A DNA stretch of 64,000 nucleotides from Malacoraja senta. Its lineage: Eukaryota. The stretch covers positions 26,724,001-26,788,000 of the forward strand of contig CM075988.1 in assembly GCA_038087875.1 (NCBI GenBank), read 5' to 3'. Position numbers and translations under genes: made by a program. The notes beneath the pieces are model-generated. The model did no database searches, had not been told where the DNA came from, and saw only the letters and a program-made list of their open reading frames with translations. Each line of letters starts with the position of its first letter. The first letter of the stretch is position 1. Of this stretch, positions 10,685 to 22,600 are shown one piece after another.

Positions 10685-13600
10685 CTGAGGTAAAATTAAA
10701 CCATGTCCTGAGGTGAACATTTACCTTTTTCCACAGATAAACCCACCCATCTCTGAACTTCTTCAGGACGATCATTCTTTACAAACTCCAATTCTGGTCT
10801 CGTGTACATTCATGACTTCAATTGCTTGAGCCTTCAACCCTTCGCTCTTACACCACCTCTGTAAAAATCTCCGCTATCAAACCACATTTCCACGTCACAA
10901 TATTCTTAAAGCTTGCTTCCTTCACCAAGCCTAGAACTACAAAAATGTCCTTGTGCTTCATGTGGTGTAGTCATAGAGTGTGGAAACAGGCCCTTCAGCC
11001 CAACTTGCCCACACTAGCCAACATGTCCCAGCTACACTAGTCATAGAGTGATACAGTGTGGAAACAGGCCCTTCAGCCCAACTTGCCCACACTAGCCAAC
11101 ATGTCCCAGCTACACTAGTCCCACCTGCCTGCGTTTGGTCCATTTCCATCCAAACCTGTCTATCCATGCTTAGAGTCCAATTTGTCTGATAACATTTCCA
11201 CAGTGTATGTTGGGATGTTACAAGATGTTTAATTATTAAAACTCTCTGCTGGTGAGAGATTCTCCATGTGATCAGAGCATCTTGTGCATAACACGTTTCA
11301 GAAATATCCAAACTATTCCTAATTCTAGTTATTTAAATTACAAATAGAAACATTTATCACTTAAGTCTTGTCTTCCATGACAACAGGACATTCCAAAATG
11401 CTTAACAATTATTGACGTCAATTTAATGTGGTGCCTTGGGTGTAATATAGGAGTCTGGACAATCGATTTGTAAACAGCGACTATCAGATAATCTATTGGA
11501 GTGATGTTGGTTGAAAGGTAAGCAGAGGCAGTGCCCTGGGGACCCTGGTCTTCCTTGAATGAGTGCCGCGGTTAATGTAACATCCACCTGACAATGCCAC
11601 AGCAACTTGGTTTGCCGTCACTTCTGACAGGCGGCACCTTTGAGAAGACAGTCTTTCACTGGAACTCAATATCTCCAACTAAATTAGGGTGGAGCTGAAT
11701 GATTCAATGATTCTTCTTGTCACATGTACCCAGCTACGGTGAAATTCATAGTTTAGCACACAATCCAGTAAAATTATACTCTAATCGTAGACGAGTACAA
11801 AAGTGTTATGCTTGTAGTGCAGTGTGTGAATAACGGGGCTTCACCAGGGCAGTACACAGAGTCGCCACCTTACTGCCACCAACGTGTCCAAGTCTTATCT
11901 TGGCCTTAAAGACCCGTTGTCCCGGTGTCCGCACTGGGTCAGTGGTGCAGGCTGGGTGTGAAGAGACAGAATGGATTATTCTCAACATTTCATTATCTCC
12001 TTCAAAGCTGCTCGGTGAAAACCTTCGCAAAAGTTCAGCAGCTTATTGGACATTCATTTGAAACCTCACTCCCATGTTTACTATTTTGAACATGGTGACT
12101 GTGTTTGGAGTAATTTTCCACTGGTTGGTTCATTAATCACCAGACTACCTGGGATGCAATGAGTCGTGTTCCAACTTGATGTTTTACATGTTGCATGCCA
12201 GCAACACAGACTCCACAAATCCCCTTCCATGCACTCGATGAGAAACAGCACAGAAACAGGCCCTTCAGCCCACTGGGCCCATGCTAACCACCGGACAACC
12301 AATCCTACTTTAACTCATTTTATTCTCCCCACTTTCCCATTAACTCCTCAGCCACTAGTAGACATGGGGAGGAAGGTGCTGAGTCCACAGGGAGAACGTG
12401 CAAACTCCAGACAGACAGCATTGAAGACCAGGAATGAATTTGGGTTGTTGGAGCTGTGAGGCAGTAGCTTTATGTTCAGTCAGAGGGCGGTGAATCTGTG
12501 GGATTCATTGCCAGACGCTGTGGAGGCAAAGAGTAGGAGTAAACGGGTCCTTTTCAGAATGGCAGGCAGTGACTAGTGGGGTACCGCAAGGCTCAGTGCT
12601 GGGACCCCAGCTATTTACAATATATATTAATGATTTGGACGAGGGAATTGAATGCAACATCTCCAAGTTTGCTGATGGCACGAAGCTGGGGGGAAGTGTT
12701 AGCTGTGAGGAGGATGCTAGGAGGCTGCAAGGTGACTTGGATAGGCTGGGTGAGTGGGCAAATGCATGGTAGATGCAGTATAATGTGGATAAATGTGAGG
12801 TTATCCACTTTGGTGGCAAAAACAGGAAAGTAGACTATTATCTAAATGGTGGCCGATTAGGAAAAGGGGAGATGCAACGAGACCTGGGTGTCATGGTACA
12901 CCAGTCATTGAAAGTAGGCATGCAGGTGCAGCAGGCAGTGAAGAAAGCGAATGGTATGTTAGCATTCATAGCAAAAGGATTTGAATATAGGAGCAGGGAG
13001 GTTCTACTGCAGTTGTACAGGGTCTTGGTGAGACCACACCTGGAGTATTGCGTACAGTTTTGGTCTCCAAATCTGAGGAAGGACATTATTGCCATAGAGG
13101 GAGTACAGAGAAGGTTCACCAGATTGATTCCTGGGATGTCAGGAATTTTATATGAAGAAAGACTGGATAGACTCGGCTTGTACTCGCTAGAATTTAGAAG
13201 ATTGAGGGGGGATCTTATAGAAACTTACAAAATTCTTAAGGGGTTGGACAGGCTAGATGCAGGAAAATTGTTCCCGATGTTGGTGAAGTCCAGGACAAGG
13301 GGGCACAGTTTAAGGATTAAGGGGAAATCCTTTAGGACCGAGATGAGAAAAACATTTTTCACACAGAGAGTGGTGAATCTCTGGAACTCTCTGCCACAGA
13401 AGGTAGTTGAGGCCAGTTCATTGGCTATATTTAAGAGGGAGTTAGATGTGGCCCTTGTGGCTAAAGGGAACAGGGGGTATGGAGAGAAGGCAGGTACGGG
13501 ATACTGAGTTGGATGATCAGCCATGATCATATTGAATGGCGGTGCAGGCTCGAAGGGCCGAATGGCCTACTCCTGTACCTATTTAAAAAATAAAATTAAA

Positions 13601-16600
13601 AAAAATCAATGGTGGAGATCGACAGATTCTTGATTAGTATGGGTGCCAGGGTTATGCAGAGAAGGCAGGAGAATGGGGTTAGGAGGGAGAGATAGATCAG
13701 CCATGATTGAATGGCATAGTAGAATTGATGGGCCAAATGGCCTAATTCTGTTCCTATCACATGGTCTTATTGTTGAGTTGAGATTCCTTGTTCCTACTCA
13801 CAAAGTGCCTAGGTAATTGTTGCTTCTCCACTGCCACGTGACTGGTCCTGAACTCCGTACCACAATAGCAACTACTTTAGATTGTTAGAGAGCCACAGCT
13901 ATTTAACTCATTAAATAACAGTACAGTGGCTTCATTTATTAGGAAATCAATCCTTAGATTTATTGACCTTAATGTCTTGCCTTGCTCTTTGTTTAATGCC
14001 TCTGCGGAGATGAGGGAGTTCTGGTGCAAGCTGTTAATGGTGCATCATTCAAGTATTGGGCTGGTCCCTCTGACCCATCAAATCATTCAGCACGGAAACA
14101 GGCCCTTCGGCCCAACTCATCCATGCTGACCAAGGTGCCACATCCAAGCTAGTCCTATCTGGCCGGGTTTGTTCACATATTCTAGGAGCAGAATTAGCCC
14201 ATTTGGCCCATCAAGTCTGCTCTGCTATTCAATCATGGCTGATCTATTTCTCCCTCCTAACCCCATTCTCCTGCCTTCTCCCCATCACCCTGACACCCGT
14301 ACCAATCCCATGTGGCCCATAGCTCTCTAAACCTTCCCTATCCATGTACTGCTTGAACTTATTTCACCGCAGTCGCTCGTTTCCAAATGCAATGACAAAT
14401 TGTGGTGAAACCATCTGGTTTCGGTGGGACCCATCACTTACCAGGGTTGGGTTTCCTGCCGTCCGGCAGTGCGGGGCTGAGCGGCTTTTTGTTGGGGATG
14501 CAGAACCAGATGGTGACCTTTTCCAGAACCAAGTGCTTGAGCCATTCAGGAACCTGTGGCTGGAGATCCTGCTTGTGGATCAATCGCACGATGAAAATAG
14601 TCTCCGTCAGGCTGATCACCAGCAAGGCCATGCACACCACAAAGTACACGCCTGGAACATAGATGGCCAAGTGAGAGAGCAGACAGTGGTCCATTAGAGT
14701 TCCCCTTAATAAGCTTCCACACACTGTATATTGATACTTGATATACATATTATAGTATACTATACAATATACATATTATAGTACACTTGCAAGGTTTTTA
14801 ATGCTAGACAAATCCCACATGAACAATTTCTCTTTAAAAGACGCAGGCTCAAACAAACTTCAAAATGCATGAAAAGTCCAATTTGGGATTTAACCCAAAC
14901 TACCCTGCAAGGCATAACAAGAATGGGCAGGAAAGTGGGGCTAGTTCCACTCACCTATCAGCGGCGTGCCAATGGCTGTGGCTGGAAGGGTATCGGAAAC
15001 GATGATCAGGAAGACGGAATAGCCCAACAGAAGGGTGATTTTGAAGGATACCCGCTCGGCACAATCTGGAGGCAAATTAAAGCCAATGATGTCCATGAGC
15101 ATCAGCAAGATGCTGGGTAGCAGCAGGTTTACGGCATAAAACAAGGGCCGCCTTCTGATGACGAGCTAAGATAAAGCAAGGGGAGAAATATTCTTGTGAC
15201 AGCTCCAACAATTAACGATGTTTAGTTTAGAGATACATCATTGACCCACTGGGTCCACGCTGACCATCGATCACCCTTCATACTAGTTCCATGTTAGCCC
15301 ACGTTCTCATCCACTCCCTACACACCAGGGGCAATTTACAGGCCGATTAACCTACAAACCTGCACGTCTTTGGGATGTGGGAGGAAACCGGAGCACCCAG
15401 AGGAAACCCACACGGTCACAGGGAGAACGTGCAAACTCCTCACAGACAGCTCCTGAGGTCTGGATTGAACCCGGGTCCCTGGCGCTGTGAGGCAGCAAAT
15501 CTAACCGCTGTGCCACTGTTACACCCCTCAAAACAACAAAGGAGTACAGAATGAATGCGAGACCAAAGTTCATAGTGTCGGCTAATTATCACGGAGAAAA
15601 AGCAATGCCTTTGTTACCGATGGCTCTGTGCACCTTCACCGATGACATAACCCCACTCCTGTGAATTACATCACCCCAGAACTTCAAGGATACATGCACC
15701 AGAAAGTGATGAACAGGCCAGGCCTCTTTACTCTGACATAGGCTGAGGGGAGACCTAGTAAGTCTTTGAATGATGAAGGGGTTTGATAGGGGTAATGCAG
15801 AAAGAATGTTCCCATGTGGAAGAAGGTTCAGCTCAAGACTTACAGTAGCAATAACATCCACGAATTAAGAAAACCATTCTTTACCCAAAGAGCAATGAGA
15901 CTGTGGAATTCACACAATGGAACTGAAAGCCTCATGTAAAGGGAGTTGACATATTCTTGATGTGAAGGACGAGGTGGTTATGAATATGCTGATAGCTTTA
16001 GCTGAGGAACAATGGGAGGGGAGTATAAATGCCAATGTGGACTAAAACAGACTGAAATATGGTCCCGTCCCAAAACATCACCTGTCCATTCCCTCTGCAG
16101 ATGCTGGCTGACCCGCTGAGTTCCTCCAGCACTTTGTGTTTTGCTTATGATTCCAGCATCTGCAGTTCCTTGTGTCTCCACTAATCCTGCATGTTCTACG
16201 TATAGTTTGTGATGTAATGCCACCATTTGCTTTGCTGAGATCAAAGGCTACCTGTACGTTAAGTGGGGCAACTTACATAGAAACGCATTTCTGCGTAGCC
16301 ATAATTGGTCACTTCCCGCTCCAGGTTGAATTCATTGAATTGTGTGTTGATGTAGAGAAGTTCCCATTCCCCTTTGTTCATGAAGATGCTCCGATCATAT
16401 TTCACAGCCTCGGGTGATCGCAGCAGAGAGATGTTGATATCCCGAACTAGACACATTAAATCAAAGCCATTGCAGCACCAATATCAGAACACCATTGCAG
16501 CACCAATATCAGAACACCATTGCAGCACCAATATCAGAACACCATTGCAGCACCAATATCAGAACACCATTGCAGCACCAATATCAGAATACCATTGCAG

Positions 16601-19600
16601 CACCAATATCAGAACACCATTGCAGCACCAATATTGCAGTTAGTGTTTGTAACAGAGCATTGGCCACAGATCCCAACTTCCCACTTCTACTGGAGTGGAG
16701 ATCATCGGCCATTCAGACTTGCTGCAAATGCCATTGTCTGACTTCCACACGTGACTTGCAGGATGTAAATGTGCATTAGTTCAGTTTATTGTCACGTGTA
16801 CCGAGGTACTGTGAAAAGTCTTTGTTGCGTGCTAACCAGCCAGCGGAAAGACAATACATGATTACAATTAAACCATCCACCATGTACAGATATAGGATAA
16901 CGTTTAGTGCAAGATAAAAACAAAGTCTAGTAAGGTCCATTTAAAGTACTGGATAATATTAAGGATTCTTTTGCACTTCCCACTTTCCAACTGATAATTC
17001 TTTGGAGTTTGCAATGGTAAGCTATGGAAAAGTGTTAATTTTACTGATAGAGCCTAGCCTGTTCTCCCAATCTTCATTTGGCACAAGTCGTTCATTACGA
17101 CAGTTTGTTAATGTTGAATTGTATCATTTTCACAAAGCATACCAATGATATCTTTGGAATAACATTCTTCCCCACCAATTTAGTGGTTAATTTGATTTAT
17201 CCATCTATTTTTACGCTGATATGAATAGGCCAGCTGTACATGAAATTAGTGAGAATGCACTTGGAATATTGTGCGCAGTTCTGGACCCCAGGCTGTTCGA
17301 AAGGATGGGATTAAGCTCAAGAGAGTGCAGAAAAGATTCATAGGGTTATTGTCAGAACTAGATGGCTTGAGATAAGGAGATAGCAGAGAAGTTGGGATTG
17401 TTTCCCTTGAAGCTGAGAGTTAACTTTACAGAGATGTATCAAATCATGAAAGGCATGGATTGTGACTGCAGTTCCCAGTGTAAAGGAATCTCAAAGTAAA
17501 AGGGCATAGGTTTAAGATGAGAGGGGGAGATCTACAGGGGACCCAAGGGGCATGTTTTTCCACACAAAGGGTTGTTCATCTCTGGACACTGGACAGATGA
17601 AGTGATGGAAGTGACTGAGTAAAATTTACAATGTTTAAAAGACATCTGGACAGGTAGCTGGAAGGAGAAAGGTTTAGAGAGATATGGGTCAAATGCAGGC
17701 AAAAAGCTCAGGAAGACACCTTGGTCAGCAGGGATGAGAGATCAAAGGGCCTGTTACCTTTCGTTATAACTCTATGGTTCTGGTTGAATATTTCCAACAG
17801 TGTTAGAAATTGTAGGAAAGATGATCTGGGGAAAGAATTTAAAAAAAAAAGCTTTGCTGGGTCTTAAGAAAAATGTTACAGGACTAGCTCAAGGTATACA
17901 TGGGCTTAAATGGTTGAGAAATAATGAACATGGAATCTACATAAATGAATGTCGGATCAATAAGACCAGAGACTGTTAATTTAAATGAACAGAGAAACAG
18001 AATAAATTGGAAATCAATATTGGAAGAGCATTTCCTAACTTGGTAAGCGATGAGTGTTTTTTGTCACCCAGTAGAAACATGAGCTGGAGTGAAATTGGAA
18101 TAAACATCATTAGCCTGAATGATCTTTTCCCATTTTTAACATGGCTTCCTGGTCTCAATGATCTAGTACACTCTGAGCTAAGAGGTTCCTTCATAAAGAA
18201 CTCAGTTCTTCTGTAAGACTTCAGTGGAAGCTGAATCGCATCGCTTCCCTGCTATCATCAGTCTGCCTATCAAATCCCACCAAAGATCTGCCTGACCCAC
18301 TGACTTCCTCCCGCACTTTGTGTTTTGCTCCAGAATCTGCAGTTCTTTGTCTCAGTTCTTCTACCCTTTCCCTTCCTCTTCCCTTTGTTTTCCTTTATTT
18401 CTTCCTTTCTTTTCTTTTCCTCCTATTTTCCTTTTTGTCCTTTTGATCATTGTTTTCTTCCGTTGTTTTCCACTTGTACCTGAAGGTGGAGATGAAGGGA
18501 ACCACTAAACATGTCATTGTGCGTTACATTCCAGATGGTTTGAGTAATGTACAACTCTTGAACTCTCCCTGTAGGTCATTGTAACACTGATTTTGTAAAA
18601 CAAGTTACTTTATTGTCCATTTTATAGCTCGTGATTTTTTCCAACATTTTCACTGAAGTTGAAATTGGACATCTTTCTTTCTAAAGTCTCGTCATGCAAA
18701 CCTCTACCAAGCAAAGCGGCCGGCTCAGTTACTTACTGTTGTGTAGCCAGCTAGTAAAGGTGAACGTACAGTTCTGGACATCGAATGGGAAGCTGTAGAT
18801 CTCCAGGCTGCAGGCAGTGACCACCTGGATAGGTTTGTAATTCTTCACTTGACCCTCGTAGTTAACGTAAACATACGGAATATCTGGAGATTTACCTACA
18901 TCGACACTGAGAGAAAACACGTGCTTAAGCCGGCAACACGGGGTCCAGATAAGGTGAAGATAGACACAAAAAGCTGGAGTAACTCAGCGGGACAGGCAGC
19001 ATCTCTGGAGAGAAGGAATGGGTGACGTTTCGGGTCTAGACCCTCCTTCAGACTGATGTCACCCATCCTTCTCTCCAGAGATGCTGCCTGTCCCACTGAG
19101 TTATTCCAGCATTTTGTGTCTTTCCTCGATTTAAAGCATCTGCAGTTCCTTCCTACACATAAGGTGACGAGGGTCTCTGGAGAGTGTCGGTAGAAGACTC
19201 GACCAGTCTGGCCAAGTGATCTATCCATTCACAGGACGTGGACACTGTTGGTGAAGCCAGCGTGAATCGTTCCATTCCCCTCCCTGGTCCACACTTGTTC
19301 CTTGCAAGACCAACTCTGGGTTGAGAATGTGGACTCTCATGTCAGCTGGATCAGTCAGGGAGATTTCACGTTGATGATATTATATATTTCATAATGATGT
19401 GTAAAGGAGGCCATTTGGCCCATCAGGTTAGTGCCGCTTCTCAGAATCATCCCATTGCCCCCACTTGTTTCTTTGTAATCTACTCTCTCTCACACCACGT
19501 AACTAACTTCCCTGCAGTTACTCCGCTCACTCGTTACTCCAGGGGCAGAGACCAATCTGCAGAGACCAATTAACATTACAGCATGATTATGGGAGGAATC

Positions 19601-22600
19601 CAGAGACCCTGGGATGGTGGTGGTGGGGGGGGGTCACAGGTAGAACGTGCAAACTCTACACGGGCAGCACCCGAGGTTGGGATTGGCGCCAGAGCCCTGG
19701 AGCTCTGCATGGTAGCACCAACGGTGTTGTACCAATCCACCTGATTCCTGAAGGAATTGAGTGAATGATGTGGGATTTTACAATGGTCCTGTTGTCCGAT
19801 GGGCTCTGCTACTGATACCAGCTCTACATTACCAATGTATTTGTTAATTGAATTTACATACAGTTAATGACACGATGGGTCTTTGGAGCATGCTAGAGTT
19901 ACATTAGTAGCATTACAGACTGAATCTTCTTTTTATGTCCAGCCAATAATATGAATTGCCTATTTAAAAAAAATATTTCAACACGCTATCTTAATATTTT
20001 TATTGCTCCACAGGACGTTGGCTGGTGGGTTGGAGGGGCTATCGGCAACACGAGGAATGGTGATATGTGGATTTGGAAATAGCTGAGAAGTAACAAATAC
20101 TTAAATATTCTGAGATTTGGGGTAAAAAAAATCAACAGGAAAGTTTAAAAAACAAAACAAATCCAAACTCTTGCTAATAAGAGTTTAGAAATAGGCCAGC
20201 GGATATATTTAAACATGAACTTCTTTGTGTCAGAGTCTGGTACAAGTTGCGTGCGGTTCTTGATTAGTACGGGTATCTGGGGTTATGGGGAGAAGGCAGA
20301 ATGGGGTTAGGAGGGAGAGATCGATCAGCCATGATTGAATGGCGGAGTAGACTTGATGGGCCGAATGGCCGAATTCTGCTCCTTGAACTTATGAACTTGT
20401 ACAAGTTGTATATTTTGGTCTGTGTCACCATCAATAATAAAATATCAGACTTACAATTCATTTATTAAAATGTCCGGCACCCAAATATTTTCGGTGGGAA
20501 TTGATAACTGAATGATGTTGTCAAAATCCTGTGGATCCCACTGCAAGAACTCATCTGTCCAAAACTGTAATGCATTGGAGACAGATCATTAACTAATGTT
20601 TGTACACTCTCTGAAAATATTCCACTTACAAAACAGGACATTGCATATTCTGCTAGAAATAGATTCCCAAATTCAAATAAATTCAAATGTCTTCGATTTT
20701 GCTGAATTTGATTAATAACATCTTCTTGCGTATGGCGTGCACAGCCTAAAGTTGTAGGACAACTTGTTCTATTTGATTGTGCACGCCGGGTTGATTGCAT
20801 TCGTCAAAAAAGGACGGACCACGTGAAGGTTGCAATCTCCCACCCCATTAATAATATCAATGATGCATTAGAATAATTTGGTATCTTTATCTCTGTAAAT
20901 ACAATGTCAATAGAACTAGATATGTTCAAAAAGTGCCGATGTGGCATAAATCTAAAATAATAACAGCAAATGCTGCAGTATCTCAGTGGGCTAGGCAGCA
21001 TCTGGGGGAGAGGACTATGTCAGGCAGCGTCTGTGGAGAGACGACTAGAGGGGAGAGAGGACTAACGTTTCAGGCCATTTACCGTTCATCACAACTCTTC
21101 ACCACTGATCTGAAACGTTTAAGGCCCTGTCCCACTTTCCCGAGCTGCTCACAAATTCTCCCGAGTTTTCCCCTTGATTTGAACTCGGAGAATGTTCGTA
21201 ACGGGGCCGTAGGAGTCCGTGGATATATCGTAGCGGCTTGTTATATCAGCCGTAGTTACTCGGGGCATTAAATGTTGCAATTTTTCTCCTCCCGACTATC
21301 TTTTTACTCATGGACATTTTTTGTCATGCTGGAAAAAGCGTCCCGACTTACCTGATGCCTCGAGTACCCACTGACATAACGAGCCGCTACGATATATCTA
21401 CGGACTCCTACAGCCTCCTACGGGCCCGTTACGAACATTCTCCGAGTATGAATCAAGGGGAAAACTCGGGAGAATTCGTGAGCAGCTTGGGAAAGTGGGA
21501 CAGGGCCTTAACCCTTAACCTGCAGTATTTTCTATCTTACAACTTGATTTTCCATTGATGGGTTTGATGTACAGGTAAGCGTTCCAATATTGGTATCTAT
21601 GGGACATCCTAAACAAATCATTATTAACCAACCTTTTTTATTTTACATTCAATCAAAATCCCCCACTCTTAGTCAAGTCTGTGCAATTAATGTCTTACCT
21701 GTCGGTACCAGATATATGTGGTTAGAACTTGGTTTTTCTCATCCTGCAATTAGATAAAGCAATCCATTAACCAATGATCATTTGTAATTGTTGAGGATAT
21801 GGAATAATCACACTCTATGGACTGTGTGCGTGTGTCAGTGTGCGTGTGTCAGTGTGCGTGTGTCAGTGTGCGTGTGTCAGTGTGCGTGTGTCAGTGTGCG
21901 TGTGTCAGTGTGTGTGTGTGTCAGTCTGTGTGTGTCAGTGTGCGTGTGTCAGTGTGCGTGTGTCAGTGTGCGTGTGTCAGTGTGCGTGTCTGTGTGTGTC
22001 AGTCTGTGTGTGTCAGTCTGTGTGTGTCTCTGTCTCTCTGTCTGTGAGTGCACATATGAAGGAGTCTTGTCTTTCAGCAAAGAATGATGAGTGGGCCATT
22101 CAACCCTTTGTGACTGTTCCATCACTCAGTCTCATTGCTTGATCTCCATTTAATGAATTTTTGTCCTTAATTTAATTTTTTAAAATATTAAATAGTACAG
22201 GCGCGTGGGGGTTCAGGCGCGTGGGGGTTTGGGCATGTGGGGGTTTGGGCATGTGGGGTTCAGGCACGAGGGCCAAGTTGGGTTGCTTTGCTATGAAGCA
22301 AAGAAGTTGCTCTCATTGGCAGAGGTGTGAATGTTGAGCCCAGACCGCCCACGGCTACCTACCACGTTTAGGATGGCGTACACCATCAAGTCGATGGCCA
22401 CTGTTGTTGTTCTCCTCCAGTCCCGCACTGGACGGACTGCCTTGGAGTAGTTGGCCATTAGATAGTTAGAAAGCTCCAGGGTTGTAGAATGATTTCCCAT
22501 TGTCTGCACTGAAAATTATGGTGAAAATGCATTATAAACTAAAATAATTTGCAATAACCTAAAATGGTAGAAAGGTACTCAGTTGGGGAATGGATTGCTC

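Noticed and set aside
10169..10720. 183-aa ORF overlapping HTR3A exon 9
   Set aside because: Alternative-frame shadow of GC-rich coding sequence.
10970..11120. Direct duplication of about 70 bp
   Set aside because: Local tandem duplication of a common CR1/SINE tail with no sign of function.
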